DNA from: Leptolyngbyaceae cyanobacterium
GTDB taxonomy: Bacteria > Cyanobacteriota > Cyanobacteriia > Phormidesmidales > Phormidesmidaceae
DNA length: 64,000 bases
Assembly: GCA_965263355.1 (NCBI GenBank)
Contig: CBDHHL010000056.1
Span: forward strand, 864,001 to 928,000
Reading direction: 5' to 3'
The notes under the pieces are model-generated. The model ran no database searches. It was not told the DNA's origin and saw only the letters and a list, made by a program, of their open reading frames with translations. The first letter of the stretch is position 1; each line of letters begins with the position of its first letter. This document shows positions 39,601 through 48,903 of the stretch, piece by piece. A program made the position numbers and the translations under genes.

Positions 39601-42600
39601 TATTGGACAGGTAGGGGAGCAATACCCAAGTCTTGACCTGCCAACACAGCCTGATATGCTGTAGCGACTTCTCGAATCAGAACGCTGATAGACCAACCAT
39701 CGGCAATAATATGATGCAAGGTGACCAGCAGTAGTGCTTCTTCTGTGGAATGCTGCAATAGTTTTACTCGTAACAAAGGACCTGCAGCTAGATCAAAAGG
39801 GGCCCGAGCTTCTTCCTGGATTGCCCGTTGGATATGTTTCTGCCATTCATCTGAATTTAGCGCAAACCATTCTTCTCGTTTGACCGCCACAGTCTGATTT
39901 GGAACTATTTCTTGAACTGGTAAACCTGCCACCGCAGGAAAACGAGTTCTCAATATCTCATGGCGTTCAACCAGAGTCTTAAATGCTTGTTCCAGGGCGT
40001 CTACATTTAAGCTACCTGTGAGGTGTAGCGCTGCAGGCATATTGTAAGTTGCTGCTGTGCCCTCCTCCAGTTGATTTAAGAACCACAAACGCTCTTGAGC
40101 CCAAGAGAGGGGAAGATGTTGACCTTCTCTGGGGAGAGGAGTGACTTTGGGAAGCGTAAGGCCTGAATTCTCCTGACGCAATTGCTGCACACATTGGTCT
40201 AATTCAAAGATGGTGGGTGCTTCAAACAGAATGCGTAGGGGAATTTCCAGTTCGAAAGTCTGTCGTAGGCGAGAAATGAGCTGGGTTGCCAATAAAGAAT
40301 GTCCTCCAAGCTCGAAGAAGGACTGGTGAATACCTACAGGATGAACCTTGAGAATGGAGCTGAATAAATCTGCAATCAGTTCTTGGCTAGGTGACTGCGG
40401 CGTAACCAACGTCTCAATGCTATTCAGATTTGGATCGGGTGCAGGGAGAGCTTTTCGATCCACTTTGCCATTGGGCGTTAGGGGAAGGGCTGCCAGCTGA
40501 ACAAATGCACTGGGAATCATATAGTCTGGCAGCTTGGTCTTGAGCAGTTGCCTGAGGTCTACAGGCTCTAGCTGGGTATCTGAGTTAACGATATAGGCGA
40601 CTAGTCGCTTGTCCCCTGGTTGATCTTCTCGGGCAATGACGACAACCTGGTTGACCTCAGGATGGTGGGATAATGCTGCTTCAATTTCTCCAAGCTCAAT
40701 GCGGAAACCACGAAGTTTAACCTGATGGTCAATCCGTCCAAGATATTCAATATTGCCGTCTTGCAAGTAACGGGCTAAATCTCCTGTTTTGTAGAGACGA
40801 CCGGGGCCAAATGGGTTAGAGATAAATTTCTCGTTGGTTAATTTAGGTCGATTTAAATATCCTCGGGCTAAACTGACACCGCCAATGTGCAGTTCGCCTG
40901 CTACGCCAATGGGAACTGGCTGCTGCTGTGAATCTAGCAGGTAAATTTGAGTATTGGCAATGGGATACCCAATGGGTGGATTACTGGACCATTGGGCCGG
41001 GGATTCGGGCAAGATATATGAAGTGACTACATGGGTTTCAGACGGACCATAGTGATTATGAAAAACACAGTGATCGAGCTGGGAGAAGAGGTCGATCATT
41101 TGTGGAGTCACCTGTAGTTGTTCCCCGGTTGCGATCGCTTCCGTCAACTTAGAAAACAATAAAGGCCGATCACCATACACCTCAGCTAGCTTCTGCCAAA
41201 GGACAACGGGCAAAATTGCCTTTTGAATCGGATTTTCAGCCAAAAAGTGTACCAGTTTATCCAGATCCAGCCGATGGTCTTCGGGAATGAGAAATAACGT
41301 CCCTCCAGAACACCAAGCCGCGAACATTTCATGGAAGCTAGCATCAAAACTAAGGGAGGCAAACTGGAGAATTCCAACGCCCACATCCATCGTCTGTAAA
41401 TGCCAGTGAATCAGATTTGTCAGGGCTCTGTGAGCTAGCGCAATGCCCTTTGGTACCCCGGTAGAGCCAGACGTATAAATGACGTAAAGCAAATTATCCG
41501 CCTGCACCGCTGACGTTACATTGTCAGTAGACTCAACAGACATTAATGGCCACTGGGTATCCAGACAAATCGTACTGACCGTTGAAGACGGTAAAGATTG
41601 CAACAACGATTGCTGGGTCAATAAAAGCTCCACCCCTGAGTCTTGGAGCATATGACTCAGACGCTCATTGGGATAATTGGGATCCAGGGGTACATAGGCC
41701 CCCCCCGCCTTGAGAATCCCCAACACCCCCACCACCATCTCCAGGGAGCGATCCACACAAATTCCCACCCGCGACTCTGGCTTTACTCCTTGGTTTTGCA
41801 AATAGCGGGCCAGCTGATTGGCCCGCTCATTCAACTGCCGATAGGTCAATGATTCTGCTTCAAATACCACCGCCACGGCATCGGGGCTGCGCTCCACTTG
41901 AGCTTCCATTAACCGATGCACACAATGTTCTGGACCATAGTCCACGGTGGTGTCATTCCAACCCTCTAGCAGTTGATGACGCTCTTCCGCAGTCAATATC
42001 GGTAACCGAGAAATGCTCGCAGTCGGCTGGCTGACAACCCCACGCAATAACGTTTGAAAATGATCCAACCACCGCTCTAGGGTGGTTCCTTCATACAAGT
42101 CAGAGTTATAATCGCCGTCTAGGACCAGCCGGTCACCCAAATCAATCAGGTTGCAATGTAGCTCATAGGGAGCATAGTGAATGGGACGCGCCGACAACTC
42201 AGCGGTTAATTCTGGTAGCGGCGCTAACTGCACTGGCGCTTCCAAATTAAATGTGGCTGAGACCAACGGCGTACGACTGAGGTCAGGCGGAAGCTGCAGC
42301 TGACTCAACAACTCGGCAAAGGGATACTGTTGATGCTCGTAGGCCGAGATCAGGGTATAACGCACCCGAGCCAGATACTCCCCAAAGGACTCATCAGCTC
42401 TATAGTGACTATAAATCGGCAGCAAATGAGCCCCGTAACCCACCATGCCACCACTGTCAGGCATAGAGCGACCGCTACTAGGCACGCCGACAATTATTTC
42501 AGTTTGACCACTCAGACGATGTAGCAGCAGTAGATACACCGCTAGCAACACCATAAAGAGTGTACAGTTTTGCTGACGGGCTAATTGCTGCAGCGGACCG

Positions 42601-45485
42601 TAGAGAGCAGGCGCAATTGTCTGGGTTTGACGTCCACCACCATAGGTTTTGAGGGCGGGGCGAGAATGGTCGGTGGGTAATTCGAGGACCGGTACACCAT
42701 GGGCGAATTGACTGACCCAATACTCTCGACTGCGGGCCATGGATTCGGTTTGGGACTGGGCGGTCTGGGCCTGAATATACTCAGAAAACTGCATCACAGG
42801 CGGCAGCGCTGGAGTTTCACCCTGCAGTGTGGACCGATACAGACTGCACAGCTCTTGTAGCAGCAGACCAATGGACCAACCATCCAAGACGATGTGGTGA
42901 CCACTGAGGACTAAGATATGGTGGTCTTCCGCCAGTTTCAACCCATAGACACGAAACAGGGGGCCTTGAGGCAAGTCATAGGGGGTGGCACTATCCTGAC
43001 GATACCAGGTGGCCAACTGGGCGGCTTGAGCATCCGTAGACAGGCCGCTAAAGTCAACCAGTGCCATGGTTACCGGTTGCGATGGTTCAATCTGTTGTGT
43101 TCGGGTATCAGTATGGATAACCGTGCGCAGGGCATCGTGGCGATGGTACAAGATGGCTAAACACTGATTGAGGCAGTCAATATCTAGTCGTCCTTTGAGG
43201 CGAAGACTGAGACTCATGCCATAGGCCAGGGCACCTTCTTCACTGAGTTCTGACAAGACGGCCAACTGTTGCTGCGCCTCAGTCAGGGGCAACGATACCA
43301 CTGCAGACGATCCCGAAGATGGTTGACTATCACCCAACGCCTCTGACGCTCTCAATGACGCAAGGGTTGTTAAAAAACCTGCCTGTTTTAGTTCAGCAAT
43401 ACTTTCCTGAACCGCTTGAAACACATATTCAATATCTTCATCCGTATGGGCTGTGGAGATAAAACAACTCCGCCCCTCCCAAACATAAACACCTTTATGG
43501 ATCAGGTGATAATAGAACAAATCTGGATTTTGCTTAATGATGAACCGGAAAAGTGAACCAAAGTGAACAACGTCAATCGGGACCTGATGCTCAGCACATA
43601 ATCTATTCAACCGATTGACCAACTGTTCAGTGCGCTGGTTGAGTTCACTCTGTAGGTCCGGTCCGGCGTCTTGCAAATGCTTTAACACTGCTCGCGAAGC
43701 CGCCAACCCTAATGCATGTTTGTTGAAGGTTCCCCTGAAGAATGTGCGGAGTGCTTTCGGGTAAGAATCATCGCCATAGTCCCAAGTGCCCCCATCAATG
43801 GCGTCCATAAACCGGGATTTGCCAGCGATCGCAGCACCTGGCAAGCCCCCAACTAGAACTTTGCCATAGGTGGCGATGTCCGCCTGGACACCGAAATAGG
43901 CCTGGGCACCACCAGGATGAATGCGAAACCCTGTGACAATCTCATCAAAAATAAGTGCAATTCCACAGTCCTGGGTAAGTTGACGCAAATCATGTAGAAA
44001 CTGCCGTGGTTGCAATGCTGGATTTAGCCCCTGCACAGGTTCCACTAACACAGCCGCCAATTCAGCGTGATGGTCACGTATTTCTGCCAATGCCGATTTA
44101 TCAGCATACTCCAGCACCAAAACATTACGCACCGCATCTGGGTCAATCCCCTGGGCAATGGGGATGGTGTCTGATGTATTCTCCAGGCGCTGTGCTAGAA
44201 CACCGTCAGAATGCCCGTGGTATGCATTGCGAAAAACAGCTATTTTTTGACGACCGGTGGCAGTGCGAGCTAAACGGACGGCCACCATAACAGATTCCGT
44301 CCCTGACTGGCAGAAGGTAGCGCGTTCGGCTCCCACTAACTCACATAGACGCTGCGATACCTCTTGAGCCAACTGGGCTTGAGGACCAACGGAAATACCT
44401 AGCTTGGCCTGGGACTCGACGGCCTCGTTAATAAAAGGAACATTATGGCCAAAGAGGTGAACCCCAAATCCCATGGCCAAGTCCACATATTTATTGCCAT
44501 CTAAATCCCAGAAGTTAGCGGCTTGATAGCGTTGAGCCACAATGGGATACACCATGTCTTTAGTAGACAGTCGGAGTGATGATTGACCCGCTTGTTTGAA
44601 ATTACCCAGAACAATATGCCGACCTTTCTGAGTTGTTAAGCGAAACCCAGCTGCGGATCGGGAATCCGCTAGCACAGGTCGCGACAGTTGTGCCTGCTGC
44701 CGAGATTTTTGAGTGCGCTGAGTATACTGAGCAACAAAGGTATTGAAATAGGCTTGCTGAGTTGGATTTAAGTCTAAGGGAGGTTGGGAGGCAGCTACTT
44801 TTGAGGTATGCCCCCTTGCGGGTACAGATTGTTCAGTAACTGGGCTTTCGGGTGAGGTCTTTTGCCCATTTTGTAACAAACTACTGACGCCTGACTGCTT
44901 TCCTGAGGCGTTAATACCAGTTTCCCTGGCCTGACTTTTCAACGCCTCAAGTTGTTCAGCCATAAGCTGAGACATGGCTTGAAGCTGTTGATTCATGATG
45001 CGTTCTAGCGAGGTCTGGGAGATCTGAGTCAATCTCGTTGACCGTTCGCCACTCCCTGGGTGAATGTCCTTAACTGGATTAGCTCCGGGGACAACATTTT
45101 CTGGGGACGGCAGCGGGACAGATGGGTTCGATAGATCTGGGTGGTCAGTGGAGGAAAAAGTCTCTGGTGCCTGGGCATCATGGGGAGATTTCTCTGCGAG
45201 ATAGGATGCGATCGCATCCAGAGTCGTCAATTCCCCAAACAGCTGATGAAGCGATAGCCTAACCCCAAACGTCTGATCGATCTGGTTAACAGCTTCCGTA
45301 AACATTAACGAATCCGCCCCCATTTCTAGGAGAGGTGTTTGCAGATCTATTTCACCTACAGGCAGTTGCAGAATCCTACCAACAAGAGTGCGCAGGCTTT
45401 CAATCACCTGCTCTTTCCGCTGGTGATGTCCATTCTGGGACCCAGACTGTTCAATGTGATGGGGGGATAATCCGTTTTGGGTCAT
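33624..45485 (-). CDS. Hybrid protein: ACP-class III aminotransferase-C-A(Pro-like)-T-C-A(Asn)-T-C-A(iso-Asp/Glu-like)-T
   Basis: ACP MGADSL; AMT YHGHSD, FDEIVTGFR and TYGK; three C domains (HHIVLDG, HHIIADG, HHAIFDG); three GGHSL T domains. Hand-read codes are DAHIITHVVK, DATKVGEVGK and DARHFSLMVK. Confidence 0.95.
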   Translation of the reverse strand: MTQNGLSPHHIEQSGSQNGHHQRKEQVIESLRTLVGRILQLPVGEIDLQTPLLEMGADSLMFTEAVNQIDQTFGVRLSLHQLFGELTTLDAIASYLAEKSPHDAQAPETFSSTDHPDLSNPSVPLPSPENVVPGANPVKDIHPGSGERSTRLTQISQTSLERIMNQQLQAMSQLMAEQLEALKSQARETGINASGKQSGVSSLLQNGQKTSPESPVTEQSVPARGHTSKVAASQPPLDLNPTQQAYFNTFVAQYTQRTQKSRQQAQLSRPVLADSRSAAGFRLTTQKGRHIVLGNFKQAGQSSLRLSTKDMVYPIVAQRYQAANFWDLDGNKYVDLAMGFGVHLFGHNVPFINEAVESQAKLGISVGPQAQLAQEVSQRLCELVGAERATFCQSGTESVMVAVRLARTATGRQKIAVFRNAYHGHSDGVLAQRLENTSDTIPIAQGIDPDAVRNVLVLEYADKSALAEIRDHHAELAAVLVEPVQGLNPALQPRQFLHDLRQLTQDCGIALIFDEIVTGFRIHPGGAQAYFGVQADIATYGKVLVGGLPGAAIAGKSRFMDAIDGGTWDYGDDSYPKALRTFFRGTFNKHALGLAASRAVLKHLQDAGPDLQSELNQRTEQLVNRLNRLCAEHQVPIDVVHFGSLFRFIIKQNPDLFYYHLIHKGVYVWEGRSCFISTAHTDEDIEYVFQAVQESIAELKQAGFLTTLASLRASEALGDSQPSSGSSAVVSLPLTEAQQQLAVLSELSEEGALAYGMSLSLRLKGRLDIDCLNQCLAILYHRHDALRTVIHTDTRTQQIEPSQPVTMALVDFSGLSTDAQAAQLATWYRQDSATPYDLPQGPLFRVYGLKLAEDHHILVLSGHHIVLDGWSIGLLLQELCSLYRSTLQGETPALPPVMQFSEYIQAQTAQSQTESMARSREYWVSQFAHGVPVLELPTDHSRPALKTYGGGRQTQTIAPALYGPLQQLARQQNCTLFMVLLAVYLLLLHRLSGQTEIIVGVPSSGRSMPDSGGMVGYGAHLLPIYSHYRADESFGEYLARVRYTLISAYEHQQYPFAELLSQLQLPPDLSRTPLVSATFNLEAPVQLAPLPELTAELSARPIHYAPYELHCNLIDLGDRLVLDGDYNSDLYEGTTLERWLDHFQTLLRGVVSQPTASISRLPILTAEERHQLLEGWNDTTVDYGPEHCVHRLMEAQVERSPDAVAVVFEAESLTYRQLNERANQLARYLQNQGVKPESRVGICVDRSLEMVVGVLGILKAGGAYVPLDPNYPNERLSHMLQDSGVELLLTQQSLLQSLPSSTVSTICLDTQWPLMSVESTDNVTSAVQADNLLYVIYTSGSTGVPKGIALAHRALTNLIHWHLQTMDVGVGILQFASLSFDASFHEMFAAWCSGGTLFLIPEDHRLDLDKLVHFLAENPIQKAILPVVLWQKLAEVYGDRPLLFSKLTEAIATGEQLQVTPQMIDLFSQLDHCVFHNHYGPSETHVVTSYILPESPAQWSSNPPIGYPIANTQIYLLDSQQQPVPIGVAGELHIGGVSLARGYLNRPKLTNEKFISNPFGPGRLYKTGDLARYLQDGNIEYLGRIDHQVKLRGFRIELGEIEAALSHHPEVNQVVVIAREDQPGDKRLVAYIVNSDTQLEPVDLRQLLKTKLPDYMIPSAFVQLAALPLTPNGKVDRKALPAPDPNLNSIETLVTPQSPSQELIADLFSSILKVHPVGIHQSFFELGGHSLLATQLISRLRQTFELEIPLRILFEAPTIFELDQCVQQLRQENSGLTLPKVTPLPREGQHLPLSWAQERLWFLNQLEEGTAATYNMPAALHLTGSLNVDALEQAFKTLVERHEILRTRFPAVAGLPVQEIVPNQTVAVKREEWFALNSDEWQKHIQRAIQEEARAPFDLAAGPLLRVKLLQHSTEEALLLVTLHHIIADGWSISVLIREVATAYQAVLAGQDLGIAPLPVQYGDYVLWQQLWLQGNVLEQQLAYWRKQLASPPNLLQLPTDYPRPALQSHQGACQDFHFSAQLTQQLEKLSQSSGVTLFMTLLAGFGTLLYRYSGQSDILIGSPIANRNRAEIEPLIGFFTNTLVLRLQLENDLSFAEVLRQVREITLDSYAHQEAPFEQIVEALQPERSLSHAPLFQVMFVFQNTPEEVLELPGLALTSLAPDTLTTKFDLTLSMQLTESGLVGSWEYSTDLFEAKTIARLSGHLQQLLESVVAAPEMSVSRLPLLTPQERNQLLVEWNDTTVEYPHTQCIHQLFETQVKKTPDAVAVTLGSQHLTYRELNQRANQLAHYLKQLGVKPETLVGLYLERSLDMMVGLLGILKAGGAYVPLDPNYPKQRLLYMLQDAAAPVLLTQETLMAGLPSHDSQVVCLGRDESKIAACSTEPVACDVHPDNLAYVIYTSGSTGQPKGVEINHQGLTNYLYWCVTTYFNSKGIGALVHSSIGFDATITGLFSPLLVGQTVFLLSADSDIEALATALQSSERLSLVKLTPAHLKLLAFLLPAEKLAHQTQAFVIGGEALTNDIISPWLTHAPETRLINEYGPTETVVGCCTYDVSPNDHLTTSIPIGRPIANTQLYILDAQLQPVPIGVVGELYIGGDGVARGYRNRPELTAQKFIPNPFGSGRLYKTGDLTRYLVDGKIEFLGRLDHQVKIRGFRIELGEIESILSSHPKVQQVIVIARDDNQADPQLVAYVVSQDNQLTSGELRDFLTGQLPTYMLPSAFVQLETLPLTPNGKVDRKALPVPTFEPNLDGDFMAPRTPTEESIATIFASVLGLDSISIHSSFFELGGHSLLATQAIAKLRDTFQLELPLRELFEAPTVAELDQRIQQALTGQSRRAIAPMTAVPRDADIPLPLSWSQERLWFLEQLDGSNAAYSIPVALKITGQIDIVALESALSGVIARHESLRTTFPMVEGKPIQAIAPISDLSIPIEDLSNSSAEQHPEILQQSINAEAQAPFSLAKGPLLRLRLLRLTPQSNVLLLTLHHAIFDGWSSEILIREFVTLYGAYQQRQISPLVPLVNQYADYAYWQRHVLSDTLDSQLSYWKQHLSGDLPVLRLPTDSTNLKKINNEGARCSCLLSVSLSQKLKALSQRENVTLFMALLAAFNLLLSRQTDQTDIIIGTPIAGRQHPGTTDLIGFFINTLPIRVDLSGITTFQDLLSHVREVTLAAYSNQDVPFEQLVKILQPERSLERHPIFDVMLNLMQPTATALEMEGLEFEMLEMPELESKFWITLYVYEPRDDESTGLTLELVYRRSLFSAERMEIFLDQFKALLEQIVLLPDQPIQNYSLLTPKTKSLLPDPVLPLEEPQFSPITDLIRSWSNQQPEHIAITQAEQSWTYQQLFNYAEHVAENLIKAGVKTGDVVAVYGNRCFELIVHIVGILLSGSVLLTLDPNLPTQRLQLMVQAANVGYLIALDSESPKDWLSASIKLLAGSDIKPVDKRSPQENHSVDDIHRSLPHVHGEQPAYIFFTSGSTGMPKGVMGSHKGIAHFVDWQRETFQVGPGDRVAQLIRLSFDALLRDIFLPLTSGATLCLPPDDEVSSEHLLRWLENEKISVIHTVPTVAQYWISNAPNDVTLSTLRATFFSGEPLTDTLIGQWKQAFPGSGKLINLYGATETTMVKSYYPIPEQVRPGIQSVGWPLPQTQNLVLRAVNQPCGIGEIGEIVVRTPFRTFGYINTSATSNPCFVPNPFRSDQEDLLYYTGDQGRYLPDGSLEVLDRLDGQLKIRGTRVQPGEIESRLHQHPDVGQTVIVGRINPDGNQVLVAYIVPKTPQGIDRDQLNTYLLKQLPAHLIPSVYMELTSLPLTASGKVDRNALPDPEFTIRRPLSVPPRNPTEISLANIMGDILKQDSIDIHDSFFALGGHSLQATQVVARISQTFGLELSLRTFFESPTVAALAQIVADHQQGKKNTESTTSNLIPKRRRRKIQRSADGTLIVPDNLKEELWGKDKP

Positions 45486-45671
45486 ACCTGCAAACTCTCC
45501 TGTTGTAGCCCAGTAGCGTCTTTTTATATAGCTGTCGCAGTATTTTAATTGTCAGGCCATAGAACTCCGAAAATATTAAAGCAGCAAAAAGTAAAAAATT
45601 GGTAAAACTCGACCATTGGCTAATACTTGTGTCAGTAAATACATGTTTCAAAAACTACAAAAGGGCAAACA

Positions 45672-48600
45672 CTAATTGTGCATAGACGGGCGGAGTGGAG
45701 ATGAAGTAGGTGGAAACGATTCAGATGTGGGAAATGCGGGCGATTCTTCGGAACTGTCCTGATATACAGATTGACTTTTCAATACATCTAACTGTTGAGA
45801 TATAAGCTGGGACATTGTCTGGATTTGCTGATTAATCAAGCGTTCCAGTGGGGTTTCTAACGCTTGATCTGGTGGGGCTATCCAACCGTTATTGCTTAAG
45901 CCAACACTCTCTGTCAGTTGTAGCTCACCAATTGAATTCTCCTGAGGGAGTTTGGACGTATCCTCTTGAGGGATTGTCTGACCGCTGATGGAGGATGGGG
46001 ACGAAACTGTAGTTTCTGGAGATTGCTCAGATTGATTTAGGGCTCCATTTGCTGGTACTGCGTCGACTGATTCTGGCAGGTCAAACCAGTAAGGCTTCCT
46101 TTGAAAAGGATATGTGGGCAGAGTAACTTGATTGCGTTGGGGATAGTCTCGCTCAAAGCTTACCCAATCAATGGTAAATCCCTTCAAGTACAACTCACTC
46201 AAACTCGTGAGCATCTGTTGCCAATCGCTATATCCAGGCCTCAGAGAAGGTAGCCATGTGCCTTTATCTACTGACAGACATTGCCGTCCCATGCCTAACA
46301 ACGTTGGCTTTGGGCCACATTCAACCAAAACCTCACAGCCTTCCTGGGATAGCGTTTCCATCCCAGCTGCAAAGTTAACGGGGGCAAGAATGTGACGACA
46401 CCAATACTCAGGGGTAGCAATTTCGCTGGTAATTGCCTGACCAGTCACACAGGAAATTAACTTGGTCTGGGGCAAGCTGTAGGTTACTTGTCGAGCTACA
46501 GCTTCAAAATTCGCCAGCATCGGTTGCATTAGAACAGAATGAAATGCATGGGACACTTGTAGATATTTAGTTGTAATCCCATCCCCTTCCAGCTGAGTCA
46601 CAACCGTCTGAACAGCAAAGTCAGAGCCCGCAATAACAGTACTGGCCGGACCATTGATGGCGGCCACTGAAACCTGATGAGACACCCCTTGACCATCAAT
46701 CACTGATTTGGCCTGCTCGACAGAGCATCTCAAGGAGACCATCACTCCCCCAGCCGGTAGGGCCTGCATTAATCGAGCCCGCTCCGTGACTAACTTGAGA
46801 CCATCTTCCAGACTAAACACCCCAGCTACACAAGCGGCCACATATTCTCCTAAACTATGCCCCATGACGACCTTGGGTTTAATTCCCCAGGCAATCCAAA
46901 GTTGGGCTAGGGCATATTCCAAAGCGAAAAGAGCCGACTGAACATCAGTTGCCTGATCCAGCCCTTTAACTTCGCTGTCTGATGGTTCAATCTCCGAGTT
47001 AGGATACAAAATCTCGATCAGGGGCTGTTTCAGCTCAGAGCGCAAAATAGCATCACAGTTATCCAGAATCTCTCGAAATAAAGGTTGGGTTTCGTAGAGT
47101 TGACGCCCCATATTAACGGAGTGGTCTCCCTGGCCACTAAAGAGAAAAGCTACTTTAGGGAAGAGCCCTGGTGTTGCAACATTAAACTTTGGCTCTAATT
47201 CCAATGCTTCAGAAGTGGTTAAAAGGTCTAGCTGAGCCCCTAAATCACTCAAATTTGAGGCAATCAGAGCAAATCGATATTTAAATGGAGTACGACCTGT
47301 GTTGGCGCTATAACAAATGTCAGCCAGATCACTATCCTGACAATGTTCCAGGTGCTGACGATAGCGATTAGCCAATGCTTTCAAGGCAGCTTCACTCTTA
47401 GCAGACAGTGTCAGAAGATGTAGAGAGCGCTCAGGCAGAGCACTGGATTCTGGGGAGGGCGATGTGTTGACTGATTGAGGCGCTTCCTGCACGATAACGT
47501 GGGCGTTAGTACCGGTAGCACCAAAGGAATTCACGACGCCTATGCGACTACCGGACTGCACTTCCCAAGGAACAACCGTATCGGGAACAACAACAGAAAC
47601 ATCCTGCCAATTGAAATGTTCTGTAGGTGTCTTTAGATGAAGATGAGGGGCAATCTCACGGTGTTGCAACTGCAATATCACCCGCATGACCCCAGCTACC
47701 CCTGCGGCTGATTCCACATGGCTAATATTGGTTTTGGCGGAGCTAATGTAGAGGGGGCTCTCAGGAGAATGACCGGGCCCATACACTTTTGCCAAGGACC
47801 GTAATTCGATGGGGTCTCCCAGGGGCGTACCGGTACCATGGGCCTCGACATAGCTAATGTCCGCTGGGTCAAGCTTAGCCTGCTTTAGGGCTTGACGCAT
47901 CACGGCCTGTTGTGAAATACCGCTGGGTACAGTCAGACCGCTACTTGGACCATCTTGATTAACCGCAGAACCACGGATAGTAGCCAGAATACGGTCACCA
48001 TTGGCTTGGGCATCGGAAAGCCGCTTCAGCACCAAAATTCCACAGCCTTCACCTCGACCAATGCCATCCGCAACCGCATCAAAGGTTTTACAACGCCCGT
48101 CAAAAGACAGCATTTTAGCTTTAGATGTGGCAATCATGCTATCGGGCAACAAGATCAGATTCACCCCTCCTGCCAGGGCCATTTCGCATTCCTGTTGTCG
48201 CAAGCTCTGGCAGGCCTGATGAATGGCGACCAAAGATGATGAACAAGCTGTATCAATGGCCATGGCAGGCCCCGTAAAACCAAAGGTATAGGAAATACGA
48301 CCAGCGGCGGCATAGGAGGGAGAGCCAGTAACACCATGAATTTCAAACTGGGGATTGGCAACACTTGGAGATTGGGTCTGCAGTTCCGCTTGAGCCTGTT
48401 TACCAATAAGACCATAGTCATCAAGGGTGATGCCCACAAAGACACCTGTGGAACTTCCCTGATCGCGCTCTACCGGATAGCCTGCATTTTCTAGTGCCTC
48501 CCACGCCACCTCCAGCAACAGACGATGCTGTGGATCAATACTGACAGCTTCACGGGGAGAGATGCCAAAAAATTGAGGGTCAAACTGCTCAACCTGCTCT

Positions 48601-48902
48601 AGAAAACCACCGCTGCGGCTGTACATTTTGCCCGGCACGTCGGGATCGGGATCGTAGTATTTATCAATGTCCCATCGAGTCGCAGGAATTTCAGTAACCC
48701 CATCTCCCCCTTGGCGCAATAGTTGCCAAAACGATGCCGGATTGTCTACACCACCTGGAAAACGGCAACCCATACCAACAATGGCAATGGGCTCACGTTT
48801 GGCGTACTGTAGACGCTCAATCTTAGCTTCTAGGGTCTCAATTAATAAAAATGAGCGCTGTAGAGGAGAGAGCTGTTCGGCCTGCACAGAATCGTTTGCC
48901 AT
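45672..48902 (-). CDS. Type I PKS KS-AT didomain (malonyl-type AT) with no ACP
   Basis: N-terminal docking helix; KS DTACSSS/HGTGT/SHVESAAG; AT GHSLG and [13 protein letters not shown] followed by a low-complexity tail. Confidence 0.95.
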   Translation of the reverse strand: MANDSVQAEQLSPLQRSFLLIETLEAKIERLQYAKREPIAIVGMGCRFPGGVDNPASFWQLLRQGGDGVTEIPATRWDIDKYYDPDPDVPGKMYSRSGGFLEQVEQFDPQFFGISPREAVSIDPQHRLLLEVAWEALENAGYPVERDQGSSTGVFVGITLDDYGLIGKQAQAELQTQSPSVANPQFEIHGVTGSPSYAAAGRISYTFGFTGPAMAIDTACSSSLVAIHQACQSLRQQECEMALAGGVNLILLPDSMIATSKAKMLSFDGRCKTFDAVADGIGRGEGCGILVLKRLSDAQANGDRILATIRGSAVNQDGPSSGLTVPSGISQQAVMRQALKQAKLDPADISYVEAHGTGTPLGDPIELRSLAKVYGPGHSPESPLYISSAKTNISHVESAAGVAGVMRVILQLQHREIAPHLHLKTPTEHFNWQDVSVVVPDTVVPWEVQSGSRIGVVNSFGATGTNAHVIVQEAPQSVNTSPSPESSALPERSLHLLTLSAKSEAALKALANRYRQHLEHCQDSDLADICYSANTGRTPFKYRFALIASNLSDLGAQLDLLTTSEALELEPKFNVATPGLFPKVAFLFSGQGDHSVNMGRQLYETQPLFREILDNCDAILRSELKQPLIEILYPNSEIEPSDSEVKGLDQATDVQSALFALEYALAQLWIAWGIKPKVVMGHSLGEYVAACVAGVFSLEDGLKLVTERARLMQALPAGGVMVSLRCSVEQAKSVIDGQGVSHQVSVAAINGPASTVIAGSDFAVQTVVTQLEGDGITTKYLQVSHAFHSVLMQPMLANFEAVARQVTYSLPQTKLISCVTGQAITSEIATPEYWCRHILAPVNFAAGMETLSQEGCEVLVECGPKPTLLGMGRQCLSVDKGTWLPSLRPGYSDWQQMLTSLSELYLKGFTIDWVSFERDYPQRNQVTLPTYPFQRKPYWFDLPESVDAVPANGALNQSEQSPETTVSSPSSISGQTIPQEDTSKLPQENSIGELQLTESVGLSNNGWIAPPDQALETPLERLINQQIQTMSQLISQQLDVLKSQSVYQDSSEESPAFPTSESFPPTSSPLRPSMHN

Positions 48903-48903
48903 G

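Noticed and set aside
45486..45671. Frameshift explanation for the KS-AT / ACP-AMT split
   Set aside because: The ORFs are separated by a 186-bp AT-rich spacer, the downstream gene has its own GGAGAG RBS, and the KS-AT tail already contains the post-ACP helix, so this is not a simple broken gene
31838..48902. Microcystin/nodularin cluster (McyE-like AMT, McyF-like racemase)
   Set aside because: FAAL starter, only two PKS modules, no methyltransferases or Adda machinery, and different A-domain codes
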